A stretch of 64,000 nt of DNA from the human T2T-CHM13v2.0 reference genome, Homo sapiens: NCBI RefSeq assembly GCF_009914755.1, contig NC_060926.1; one strand, given 5' to 3'. This document shows, in pieces, positions 1 through 17,720 of this stretch. The notes beneath the pieces were generated by a model that was not told the origin of the DNA, ran no database searches, and saw only the letters and a program-made list of their open reading frames with translations. Each line of letters starts with the position of its first letter. Position 1 is the first letter of the stretch. A program made the translations under genes and the position numbers.

Positions 1-429
<429 letters not shown>

Positions 430-1062
430 TCATGACAAAAAACTATACAGATGGCCCATGATGAATTGTTCACGCATATCAATACTGGAGGTGAACATTT
501 TCATCCTGAATCAGTGTTCAAATGGGTTAAGTCTTTGAATGGATTTTCTTATCATAGATGTAATGAGTTCCTTATGAACAGAGAAACAACGCATTGCTAA
601 GTGAGTTACTTGATAAGGTTATGTGGACTGTAGTTGCCTATGCAAATAAGAAACCACTTGGTTCTTCCTAATTTTAATTAACCTCTAACTTTGCATCAGG
701 CTTTACACCAAATCTCTACAATATTTACAAACCCAGTTTGCACTGTATGAATTTGCATTTTATGAGAGATTTCATCACTTGTATTCTCAAATTTCTACTC
801 ACTAGAAAGACAGGGTCATAATCTTCAGGAAAGAACATCCCCCATAATTCCACACCCTAACCCAAAAATCTACTTTGTTTTCCTATGTTTTCTTTACATT
901 TTGGTTCATATGTTTACATTTAAAAATAGTAATCAGTGCAAATTCAGTTGTTGGAGCGCTTCAGATTGCATATTAATCTGCAAACGTTTTCCAGTTTGTT
1001 GCAGTCTTTACAAATATGATTTAAATTGCTAATGGCTGGATGCTATTCCTTTGAGAGATAGA

Positions 1063-1091
1063 GTGTGTGTGTATGTGTGTGTGTGTGTATG
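1063..1091. repeat. (TG)n microsatellite, interrupted
   Basis: Direct reading. Confidence 0.9.
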
Positions 1092-1454
1092 TCTTTGTTC
1101 TTTCCAATTATTCCTCTGCTGTGGATAATACTACAAGGGCATTTTCATATCTATAACCTTCTTCCATTGAACACTTCCCTTAGATATATTTTCACAAGTG
1201 AGATAGTCGGATTACTGGGTCATTATTTTTATTGACTTACATTATGTTTCACCTGTTACTTTCCAATTAATTGTTTCTTTCAATATGAATCTTTTTATTT
1301 ACAAACTTCCATGCAAGCTCCTTGAGGGTGCTAATTCTCCTCCTCTCCTCCATGTGTCCTGTGCTAATGTACTCTAGTGGATGCCTAATAAACACTGGCC
1401 CACCAACTTTTAGAAAAGAACCAGAATGTTCTTTGTAAACAACTGATCTGTGGT

Positions 1455-1632
1455 TCACATCTTGATCACCATCACCCAAGAGGCCCACTGAAGTTCAGAA
1501 TGTGGGGCCCCACCCCAGAAATAATGAATCAGAATTCCTCAGACTGGGGTCCTGAAGACAATAATTTTAATGAGCTGCCCCACCCCCACTTGGTTATTTT
1601 TAAGTACATTAAAACCTGAAAAACTCCACTGG
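1455..1632. mobile_element. MER5A-like hAT-Charlie MITE
   Basis: GGGCCCCACCCCAGA...GAATCAGAAT...TGGGGTCC motif; boundaries approximate. Confidence 0.55.
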
Positions 1633-2135
1633 GGATCCTGAAGGATCCCTACTGATTTCAGAAAAGGATATGAATCAGTGTCCAGGCCATCTTCCTCTCT
1701 TGCGTTTGATGCCCTGCCTGCCACCCCAAATGGAATGAAGGTCCCTCTACCCTGTCTCTTGTGCGAAGACAGCTTGTCCTCTAGGCTCAGCTCATACCCG
1801 GCTCTCCCATAGAGTGTTCCCAGATGCCAGCTCACAGCTCCAGCCTCTAAGCCACTCTTCCTCTCACAATCAGGCCTGCCTACCTTCCACCTGGCAACAG
1901 CCCCAGACAGGTTACACAGTCCCTGCTCTTGGCCTTTGCAGCACCAACATACTAGCTGCGGAATCAAATTGAGTTGAATGAACCACAGTGAGCTGCCCTG
2001 CATTTGAAAACAATCAATAAAGTGCAAAGGCAAGGCTGGAGATTCAGGTTATTTGAAATGTAACCAGCACCCCAAATGAGGGAAAACACTTGGGTAAACT
2101 GTTTATATTCTACATGCCTAAAGCAAAATAATCTA

Positions 2136-2429
<294 letters not shown>

Positions 2430-2903
2430 TTAACAACAAAAAAAAATTTTTAATGATAACATGTGCAAGTATAGAACCAATACATATAAGACTTACTTTG
2501 ATAAAAATACTTTTCTTAAAAACACAGGGGTACTTACTAAAATTAAGAGCAGTTTAACAGTAATGTTGTTTTGCCACCTTTTGTAGAGAGAGAAACTGCA
2601 ACTTTGTGTTTCCTATAAGCCAATGATGTTTCCCTAATTGCTTTCCTTCTCTGGCAAACATTCTGGCTGGACTGAGTAGTTTCAACAACATAATAGACAA
2701 ATAATAGCCCACAACTTATGCTTCAAGGTGTAAGGAGCCTTGGCAACTTATAAAATTATAATCTGAAAGTTATCACAATATAGCTAAGGGTCTATCAAGA
2801 AACACCATTTCCCTATTATCTAGGGATCCCTGGACCATTTCCTCAATGAAATTATCCATCGGTAGAAATGTTAAAAAGTTCCTGATAGATATTCCCAAAG
2901 CAG

Positions 2904-2935
<32 letters not shown>
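2904..2935. repeat. A32 homopolymer (U32 in pre-mRNA, starting at +11 of intron 27)
   Basis: Direct count. Confidence 0.95.
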
Positions 2936-2938
<3 letters not shown>

Positions 2939-2940
2939 CA

Positions 2941-3126
<186 letters not shown>

Positions 3127-3497
3127 TTAAGTCTATGTTAAGTCCTTTTAGAATATTTCTACTTTATGGAAGTAAGGATGTTGCCTATCCTGATTTACAA
3201 AAATATATTGTAAGTCATATGCTCCAAATAAATGTTTTCTAGGAGTGATTTTGTTAAGGCACTTTCTCAGAAGCCATCCTGTGAAGGATTCTTCCTGAAA
3301 GCCTTTGGAACTTGTACCACCATTCAGGTGACTTTTTTTGGTATCTTCCCATGCTAGGTCTGAAACACGACTATGCAACCATTGTCTGCCCTTGTAGGGG
3401 TAAAGAGGTGGTGGCCAGTGTCTACCTTGACAAGAAAGGATCAGATTAAAGACCAAAATCTATTTCCCTGCATCTTACTGAATTTGCCCTTAAATGA

Positions 3498-3833
<336 letters not shown>

Positions 3834-4059
3834 TAGAGAATCTATTTTAAACCTTCTGTGATTTTCTACAAGGAGTTATCTCAGCTAAAATAACTTATAA
3901 ATCATAAACTTCAATGGAGGCACAACTGTCAAATTAAAATGTGAGTATTCACTTCTCTCGAAGTTACAGCTGCTGAAAGAAATCAAACTTTTTTTTATCC
4001 ACCCATGACCAGTAAAAGTAAAAATGAACGTTCAATCCGTCAACCTGCAATTCTCCACT

Positions 4060-4450
4060 CCGCTGATACGGAATTATATTTCCGCACTCTTGCCATTGCC
4101 TTGTGGTGGGCGGAGTGTAATTCCCTGCCCTTTTACCCAGGGCTTGGTCATGTGACTTGTTTTGGGCAATAGGAAATGAATGCCCATGATCCAATCAGAG
4201 GTGTGGAGGGAGCCTGTGAGCTGAGCTGGCCCTCTTGCATTTCTGCAATCACATGAGAAAAGCCTGGCCTTGCAATGAGATGCATGTTGCAACCCCAAAC
4301 CTAACTTGGAGCTACACTCTAAGCCAACAGAGACCATCTTAGATCAGCTAAACCCAACCAACCTGCAGACCCATAAGATAGAAAATAAGTGTTTGCTGTA
4401 GCCCACTGAGATTTTGAGATTATTTACACATTATTGTCATAAAATTTGAT
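4060..4450 (+). mobile_element. MLT1-type MaLR LTR (old)
   Basis: GGGCTTGGTCATGTGACTTG...AACCTGCAGACCCAT...AAATAAGTGTTTGCTG...CCACTGAGATTTTG; boundaries approximate. Confidence 0.6.
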
Positions 4451-4765
4451 GGTAGAGAGAGTAACAGTCAGTCATTATTCATACTAGTAATGAACGGGTA
4501 GGGAACTCTAAAGAAACAAAGAAGAGTTAGGCAAAATATCTTAGATAGATTTTGGATTTAATTCATCTAAAAATAAGTGATTGATTCAAATGAAGCTGTT
4601 GCATGAATGTGCAAACAAGGACAGAGATATTTGGGCATTTTTTTCAAATGTTTCTGATCAAATGTTGGTTCTCTTGGAAAGTAAAACTTACAATCAATAA
4701 ACAAGTGATCATTATTCACTCTTGAGGCACAGGAAAGGAAAGAAGATACAGTTTTAAAACTTTCA

Positions 4766-5059
4766 GGCTGGGTGCGGTGGCTCACACCTGTAATCCAAGC
4801 ACTTTGGGAGGCCGAGGTGGGCGGATCACAAGGTCAGGAGTTCGAGACCAGCCTAACCAATATGGTGAAACCCTGTCTCTACTAAAAACACAAAAATTAG
4901 CCGGGCATGGTGGCGGGTACCTGTAGTCCCAGCTACTTGGAAGACTGAGGCAGAAGAATCATTGGACCTGGGAAGCAGAGGTTGCAGTGAGCTGAGATCA
5001 CACCACTACACTCCAGCCCGGGAGACAAAGTGAGACTCCGTCTCAAAAAAAAAAAAAAA
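4766..5059 (+). mobile_element. AluS (Sg-like) with AAAACTTTCA TSD
   Basis: Full dimer, A tail, flanking direct repeat. Confidence 0.93.
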
Positions 5060-5267
5060 CTTTCAAGGGACAGACATTTTAACTGATACGTGAGCAAATC
5101 AAGGTAAATTTTATTGTACAAAGATTTGAAAAGCCCATCTGGAGTGTTCTCAAACCAGCAGACTAGAGGCCCAACTACAAATTACTACAAATGCTGTTTT
5201 CCCCTATCCATGGTCCCTCAAAACTTCAGAAATGTCCTAACTAGTCTGAGGATTCACTCTTGGTTTA

Positions 5268-5549
<282 letters not shown>

Positions 5550-7690
5550 TCACTTAAGCTGCTTTCATACAGAATTTTTAGATTTTTCCTGAAATCTGAA
5601 TTTCAACTGTCAGAAGAGTTATAAATGTAAGAAAAGAAATATATTGATTATAAAAAGTATAAGTTTCAATAATCTATAAAAGCAATGTAGATGATAAAAA
5701 TGTAATGGAGATGAACTACATGGGTAGTAGATAATAATAATAATGTAATGGAGATCTATTACATGCATATCTAACACAATAGAATGAGAAGTCTCGATAA
5801 ATCATAAAATAGCAGCAGGTGTCCAATGCTGAGTTCAGAAAATCTGACTCTTACTATGAACATGGAGAAATTGTGCAAATGAAGAGGCTGGGCTAAATGT
5901 GAATAGCTACCACTTATTGAGGGTTGGTGCTTCAAGTATATTGTCTCATTTTTCTAATGACTTCACAATCTAGTAGCATCATCCCCCATGTTAAAGAAAT
6001 GTTTAAAGAAAGTTAATAAGCAGTTCAGGGTCTGAATGAATAATTTTCTAGAGAGATAGATATCACCAATAAAACACCCAAGTTTGAGCCTCTCAGTTCC
6101 CTCTCAGTTCCTGTATCCTAAAATGGAATTTTTCTCTTTTATATTAGGAATAATACCTCATAGTGCATTTCTTTATATGCTCTCAGATCTAAGATATATC
6201 AGATGAATAAAAATGACATCAGATTTTGTTGGGTTCTAGACCATGAATTTATACCTTATCAAATACCAAGATACTTGCTTGCCTTTCTGTTATCAAAACA
6301 AGAACAAAGGATATTACTTTGTTCTAAAACTTCACAACTAGCAATGTAGTTCAAGATATATATATAATACATGTTACAAAAGAAAAAAACTTAAACCTTT
6401 TTTGCCACCTTCTTAAGAGTTTTCAGCTATAATCCTGAAAGTCATTTTATTGTTTGAAATTCACATAACTGTAAAATATATTTAAAATACCTTCTTTTTT
6501 CTCACTAGAATGCCAACAAATGGTTTTTCATGGACAATGATAGTTTAAATGAGATACTAGTTTTTAAAAATTAAAATATATAGTATTATCTCAAAAGACT
6601 ATAAAAATAATTCTATACTTTGAGTATGTGTATATAATATATATACATATATGTAATTTTAATATAGTCAGATTGTATGAGTTCATACTGAGAAATGAAG
6701 GAAAAGCAATTTTGGTATGTCAAATAAAACAACAAAGATATTTTAGCATCTTAAGGATTTACTTTAAATATTGTGTTGTAATGCTTTTATTTGTTTAACA
6801 AGGTACAAGGTTTGAACAGTGCCTGGATCAAATTTTATGTAGCTATTATGCCATAGCTATAATAATTTTGCCCAGAAGAGACTCATTTTAGCTTCCATGA
6901 TTTTATGTGACATTCTGCCACAGAAATATTCAAAATTACCTTTCTGGGTGAAAACATCATAAATAAATTTAAAAAGCAATTCAGGATATGAACAAAAAAA
7001 TTCTCTAGACAGATATCATCAAGAAAAACTAATCCGAACTTTGACAAATGAAAAACATACTGAGGGAATTACAAAATGCAGTGGAAAGTTTTAACAATAG
7101 ACTAGAACAAAAAGAATTTCAGAGCTCAAAGACAAGGCTTTTGAATTAACCCAATCAGACAAAAATAAGAAAAAAATGAACAAAGACTCTAAGACATATG
7201 GTATTAGTAAAACAGCCAAACCTAAGACTAATTGGCATTCCTGAGGGAAAAGAAAAAAGAACTAATTTGAGGCAGTTATTGAGGAAAACTTCCATGGCCT
7301 GGCTACAGATCTAGATATCCAAAGCCAAGAAGCTTAAAGAACTCCTGGGAAATTCATTGCAAAAAGACCTTCACCAAGCCATATAGTTATCAGACTATCT
7401 AAATTCAAAATGAAGGCAAGAATTCTAAGAGCAGTGAGACAAATGCATCAGGTAACTTATAAATGAAAACCTATCAGACTTATAGCAGACTTCTCAGCAG
7501 AAACCTTACAAGCCAAAAGGGATTGGCATCCTATCTTCAACCTCCTTAAACAGAACAACTGTCGGCCAAGAATTTCGTATTCCACAAAACTAAATTTCAT
7601 AAATGAAGGAGAAATAAAGTCATTTTCAGACAAGCAAATGCTGAGGAAATTTTTCACTACAAAACATGCACTACAAGAAATGCTAAAAGG

Positions 7691-8573
7691 GAAGATGGCC
7701 GAATAGGAACAGCTCCAGTCTACAGCTCCCAGCGCGAGCGACGCAGAAGACGGGTGATTTCTGCATTTCCATCTGAGGTACCGGGTTCATCTCACTAGGG
7801 AGTGCCAGACAGTGGGTGCAGGTCAGTGGGTGCGCGCACCGTGCTCGAGCCGAAGCAGGGCGAGGCATTGCCTCACTTGGGAAGTGCAAGGGGTCAGGGA
7901 GTTCCCTTTCCTAGTCAAAGAAAGGGGTGACAGAGGGCACCTGGAAAATTGGGCCACTCCCACCCGAATACTGCGCTTTTCCGACGGGCTTAAAAAACGG
8001 CGCACCAGGAGATCACATCCCGCACCTGGCTCGGAGGGTCCTACGCCAGGCTGATTGCTAGCACAGCAGTCTGAGATCAAACTGCAAGGCGGCAGCGAGG
8101 CTGGGGGAGGGGCGCCCGCCATTGCCCAGGCTTGATTAGGTAAACAAAGCAGCCCAGAAGCTCAAACTGGGTGGAGCCCACCACAGCTCAAGGAGGCCTG
8201 CCTGCCTCTGTAGGCTCCACCTCTGGGGGCAGGGCACAGACAAACAAAAAGACAGCAGTAACCTCTGCAGACTTAAATGTCCCTGTCTGACAGCTTTGAA
8301 GAGAGCAGTGGTTCTCCCAGCACACAGCTGGAGATCTGAGAACAGGCAGACTGCCTCCTCAAGTGGGTCCCTGACCCCTGACCCCCGAGCAGCCTAACTG
8401 GGAGGCACCCCCCAGCAGGGGCAGACTGACACCTCACAGGGCCCAGTACTCCAACAGACCTGCAGCTGAGGGTACTGTTAGAAGGAAAACTAACAAACAG
8501 AAAGGACATCTACACCAAAAACCCATCTCTACATCACCATCATCAAAGACCAAAAGTAGATAAAACCACAAAG
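7691..8573. promoter_or_regulatory. L1 5' UTR: CpG-rich internal sense promoter (+) and antisense promoter (-, same direction as COL4A4)
   Basis: Homology to the L1PA 5' UTR, YY1 core AAGATGGCC at 7692-7700, many CpGs retained; activity is inferred. Confidence 0.7.
7823..8122 (-). CDS. ORF0: L1 ORF0 (antisense ORF), 99 aa extended variant
   Basis: MAGAPPPASLPPCSLISDCCASNQ... matches recalled ORF0; gcaATGG context; donors CCAG|GTGCGG (8026/8025) and CCAG|GTGCCC (7941/7940). Confidence 0.75.
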   Translation of the reverse strand: MAGAPPPASLPPCSLISDCCASNQPGVGPSEPGAGCDLLVRRFLSPSEKRSIRVGVAQFSRCPLSPLSLTRKGNSLTPCTSQVRQCLALLRLEHGARTH

Positions 8574-9581
8574 ATGGGGAAAAAACAGAGCAGAAAAACT
8601 GGAAACTCTAAAAACCAGAGCACCTCTCCTCTTCCAAAGGAACGAAGTTCCTCGCCAGCAATGGAACAAAGCTGGACGGAGAATCACTTTGACGAGCTGA
8701 GAGAAGAAGGCTTCAGACGATCAAATTACTCCGAGCTACGGGGGAACATTCAAACCAAAGGCAAAGAAGTTGAAAACTTTGAAAAGAATTTAGAAGAATG
8801 TATAACTATAATAACCAATATAGAGAAGTGCTTAAAGGAGCTGATGGAGCTGAAAACCAAGCCTCGAGAACTACGTGAAGAATGCAGAAGCCTCAGGAGC
8901 CGATGCGATCAACTGGAACAAAGGGTATCAGCGATGGAAGATGAAATGAAGCGAGAAGGGAAGTTTAGAGAAAAAAGAATAAAAAGAAATGAGCAAAGCC
9001 TCCAAGAAATATGGGACTATGTGAAAAGACCAAATCTACATCTGATTGGTGTACCTGAAAGTGACAGGGAGAATGGAACCAAGTTGGAAAACACTCTGCA
9101 GGATATTATCCAGGAGAACTTCCCCAATCTAGCAAGGCAGGCCAACATTCAGATTCAGGAAATACAGAGAACGCCACAAAGATACTCCTCGAGAAGAGCA
9201 ACTCCAAGACACATAATTGTCAGATTCACCAAAGTTGAAATGAAGGAAAAAATGTTAAGGGCAACCAGAGAGAAAGGTCGGGTTACCCTCAAAGGGAAGC
9301 CCATCAGACTAACAGTGGATCTTTCGGCAGAAACTCTACAAGCCAGAAGAGAGTGGGGGCCAATATTCAACATTCTCAAAGAAAAGAATTTTCAACCCAG
9401 AATTTCATATCCAGCCAAACTAAGCTTCATAAGTGAAGGAGAAATAAAATACTTTACAGACAAGCAAATGCTGAGAGATTTTGTCACCACCAGGCCTGCC
9501 CTAAAAGAGCTCCTGAAGGAAGCGCTAAACATGGAAAGGAACAACCGGTACCAGCTGCTGCAAAATCATGCCAAAATGTAA
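8574..9581 (+). CDS. L1 ORF1p (RNA-binding chaperone), open, 335 aa
   Basis: MGKKQSRKTGNSK...QNHAKM; 3 aa shorter than canonical (EDEM[NEM]KREG). Confidence 0.9.
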   Translation: MGKKQSRKTGNSKNQSTSPLPKERSSSPAMEQSWTENHFDELREEGFRRSNYSELRGNIQTKGKEVENFEKNLEECITIITNIEKCLKELMELKTKPRELREECRSLRSRCDQLEQRVSAMEDEMKREGKFREKRIKRNEQSLQEIWDYVKRPNLHLIGVPESDRENGTKLENTLQDIIQENFPNLARQANIQIQEIQRTPQRYSSRRATPRHIIVRFTKVEMKEKMLRATREKGRVTLKGKPIRLTVDLSAETLQARREWGPIFNILKEKNFQPRISYPAKLSFISEGEIKYFTDKQMLRDFVTTRPALKELLKEALNMERNNRYQLLQNHAKM

Positions 9582-9629
9582 AGACCATCGAGACTAGGAA
9601 GAAACTGCATCAACTAATGAGCAAAATAA

Positions 9630-13470
<3,841 letters not shown>

Positions 13471-13683
13471 ACAATGAGAACACATAGACACAGGAAGGGG
13501 AACATCACACTCTGGGGACTGTTGTGGGGTGGGGGGAGGGGGGAGGGGGGAGGATAGCATTAGGAGTTATACCTAATGCTAGATGACGAGTTAGTGGGTG
13601 CAGCACAGCAGCATGTCACATGTATACATATGTAACTAACCTGCACATTGTGCACATGTACCCTAAAACTTAAAGTATAATAA

Positions 13684-13714
<31 letters not shown>

Positions 13715-16700
13715 ATGCTAAAAGGAGTTCTAAACCTTGAAACAAAAGCCTGATATGCACCAAAATAGAACCTCTTGAAACTTTAGAACTCACACGGCCT
13801 ATAATACAATAACACAATGAAAAGACAACTATCTGGGTAACAATTAACATGATGAAGAGAACAATACCTCACATCTCAATATTCATGTTGAGTGTAAATG
13901 CTCCACTTCAAAGATACGGGATGGCAAAATGGACAAAAACAACACAATCCAAATATCTGCTGTCTTTAAGAGGCTAACACAGAAATACTCATATAAACTC
14001 AAGATAAAGGGGTAGGAAAATGTATTCCATGCAGATAGAAACCAAAGGCAGCAGGGATAGCTATTCTTGTATCAGAAAAAACAAACTTCAAAATAACAAT
14101 AGTAATAACAAAAAGACAAAGATGGTCACTATGTAATGATAAAACGATCAACAAGAAGATACTACAATCATAAATTTATATGCACCAAACACTGGAGCTT
14201 TTAGATTCAAAAAACAATTACTACTAGACCTAAGAAATGAGATAGACAGCAAAACAATAATAGTGGGAGACTTCAATACACCACTGACAGCACTAGACAG
14301 ATCTTCATGACAGAACGTCAACAGAGAAACAATGGATGTAAGTGACACACTAGAGCAAATTAACAGACATTTACAGAACATTCTACCCAAGATCTGCAGG
14401 ATATACATTCTTCTCAGAAGCATGGAACATTCTCCAAGATAGACCATATGACAGGCCACAAAATAAGTCTCAATAAATTTTTTAAAACTGAAATTGTATC
14501 AAGTATCTTCTCAGACCACAGTGGAATAAAATTAGAAATCAACTCCAAAAGGAACCCTCAAAATTATACAAATACATGGAAATTAAATAATCTGCTCCTG
14601 AATGATATCTGGGTTAACAATGAAATCAGGATGGACATTTAAAAATTATTTGAATTGAATGATAATATTGACACAAGTTTTCAAAACATCTGGAATACAG
14701 CAAAAGCAGTGCTAAGAGGAAAGCTTATAGTGCTAACTGCCTACATCAAAAAGTCTGAAAAAGCACACATTGACAACCTAAAGTCACACCTCAAGGAACT
14801 AGAAAAACAAAAGCATACTAAACTTAGAGCTAGAAGAAGAAATAACAAAGATCAGACTGAACCAAATGAAATGCAAACCAAAAAAATATGAAAAATTAAT
14901 GAATAAAAAGCTAGTTAAAAAGCCGTTTCCTTGAAAAAATAAACAAAATCAATAGACCATTAGCTAGATTAAACAAGAAAAGAAGAGAGAAGATCCAAAT
15001 AAGCTCAATTAGAACCGAAACTGGGGTCATTACAACCAACACCACAGAAATACAAAAGACCATTCAAGACTACTATGGATACCTTTATGTACACAAACTA
15101 GGAAATCTAGAGGAAATGGACAAATTCCTGGAAACATAAAACCCTACTAGATTATATCAGGAAGAAATAGAAACCTCAAACAAACCAATAACAAGCAGTG
15201 AGATTGAATCAGTAATTTTTAAATTCCCAAGAAAACAAACCCAGAATCAGATGGATTCACAGCTAAATTCTACTTAGACACTGAGAGAAAAGAATTGGTA
15301 CAAATCCTACTGAAACTGTTCCAAAAGATTGATAAAGAAGGCATCCTCCCTAAATCATTCTATTAAGCTAGTATCATCCTGATACCAACACAGGAAAAGA
15401 TACACACACACACACACAAACTACAGACCAATTTCCTTGATGAACATAGATGCAAAAATCCTCAACAAAATACTAAATGAATTGAACAGCATATCAAAAA
15501 GAGAATTCATCATGATCAAGTGGTTTTCATCCCAGGGATGTAGGGATGGTTTAATATATGCAAGTCAATAAATGTGATCCATCACATAAACATAATTAAA
15601 AACAAAAACCACATGATCAATAGATGCAGAAAAAGCATTCGACAAAATCCAGCATTCCTTTATGACAAAAAATCTCAACAAACAAGGCATAGATGGGACC
15701 TACCTCAAATAATAATAACTATGTATGACAAACCCACAGATAACATCATATGGAATGGAAAAAAGTTGAAAGCATTCCCCCTGAGAACAGGAACAAGAGA
15801 AGGATGCCCACTTTCACCACTCCTATTCAACATAGTTCTGGAAGTACTAGCCAGAGCAATTAGGTAAGAGAAATAAATAAACAGCATCAAAATTAGAAAA
15901 GAGGAAGTCAAACTATCACTGTTTGCCGATAATATGATTGTACACTTACAAAATCCTAAGGATTCTTCAAAAATACTCTTAGATATGATAAACAAATTCA
16001 GTAAAGTCTCAGGTTACAAAATCATTGTACATAAATCAGTAGCATTGCTATACACCAACAACAATCAAGTTGAGAATCAAATTAATAACTCAATTCCTTT
16101 TACAACAGCTGTGAAAACTAAAATAAAATAACTAAAAATATACTTAACCAAGGAGGTGAAAGTTCTCAAAAAGGAGAACTACAAAACACTGTTGAAAGAA
16201 ATCATAGATGACACAAATGGAAATGCATCCAGTGTTTATGGATTGGGATAATTGATAATGTGAAAATGACCACACTTCAAAAGTAATCTACAGATTCAGT
16301 GGAATTCCCATCAAAATATGCACATCATTTTTCATAGAATTAGAAAAAACAATCCTGAATTTTGTATTGAACCAAAAAAGAGCCTGAATAGACAAAGCAA
16401 TCCTAAGCAAAAAAGAACAAATCTGGAGACATCACATTACTGAACTTCAAATTATACTACAAGGCTTTAGTTACCAAAACAGCATGGTACTGTTGTAAAA
16501 GTAGGCACATACACCAATGGAACAGCACAGAGAATCCAGAAACAAAGCCAAATATCTACAGCTAACTGATCTTTAACAAAGCATACAAAAACAAAAAATT
16601 GGGGGGTGGACACCCTATTTAATAAATGATGCTGGGAAAACTGCCAAGCTACATGTATTAGAAGAATAAAACCGGATTCCTATCTCTCACCTTATACAAA

Positions 16701-17720
16701 AATCAACTGAAGATGGTTCAAAGACTTAAATATAAGACCTGAAACTATCAAAATTCTATAAGACAACATTGGAAAAACTCATATAGATATTGGCCTCAGC
16801 AAAGAATTCATGAATAAGACCCCAAAAGCAAATGCAACAAAAACTAAATACATAAATGGGACCCAGTTAAACTAAAAGGCCTCTGCACAACAAAAAAAAT
16901 AAATAAGTAGAGTAAACAGAAACCCACAGAATGGGAGAAGCTATTTGCAAACTATGCATCCGACAAAGGGCCAGTATGCGGAATCTACAAAGAACTCAAA
17001 CAAAACACCAAGAAAAAAACAAATAATCCCATTAAAAAGTGGGAAAAGGACATGAATAGACATTTCTCAAAGTAAGATAAACAAATGGACAACAAGCATG
17101 TGAAAAAATACTCAACATCACTAATCATTAGGGAAATGCCAATTAAAACTGCAATGAGATATTGCCTTACTCCTGCAAAAAATGGCCATTATTTAAAGAC
17201 AAAAAACAATAGATATTGGCATGGATGTGGAGAAAAGGGAACACTTATACAATGCTGATGGAAATGTAAATTAGTACAACCTCTGTAGAAAACAAGTGTG
17301 GAGATTCCCTAAAGAGATAAAAGTAGATCCACCATGCGACCCAGCAATCCCACTACTGGGTATCTACCCAAAGGAAGAGAAGTCATTATATGAAAAAGAC
17401 ACTTGCACATGTATGTTTATAGCAGCACAATTCACAATTGCAAAGATGTGGCACCAATCTAAGTGCCTGTTGACTAATGAGTGGATAAAGAAAATGTGGT
17501 ATACAAAAAACATGGAATACTACTCAGCCATTAAAAGGAACAAAACAATGGCTTTTGCAGCAACTTAGATGGAGCTGGAGGCCATAATTATAAATGAAGT
17601 AACACAGGAGTGGAAAACCAAAAACTGTATGTTCTCACTTACGAGTGGGAGGTAAGTGATGAGTATGCAAAGGCATAAGAGTGATATAATGGACTTCAGA
17701 GATTCAGAAAAGGGAGGATG

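Noticed and set aside
1539-2033. 164-aa ORF in intron 28
   Set aside because: Non-ATG start, no recognisable domain, overlaps a MER5-like repeat; consistent with chance.
13520-13555. G-quadruplex-forming G runs
   Set aside because: The ordinary L1PA 3' UTR G tract with one extra unit.
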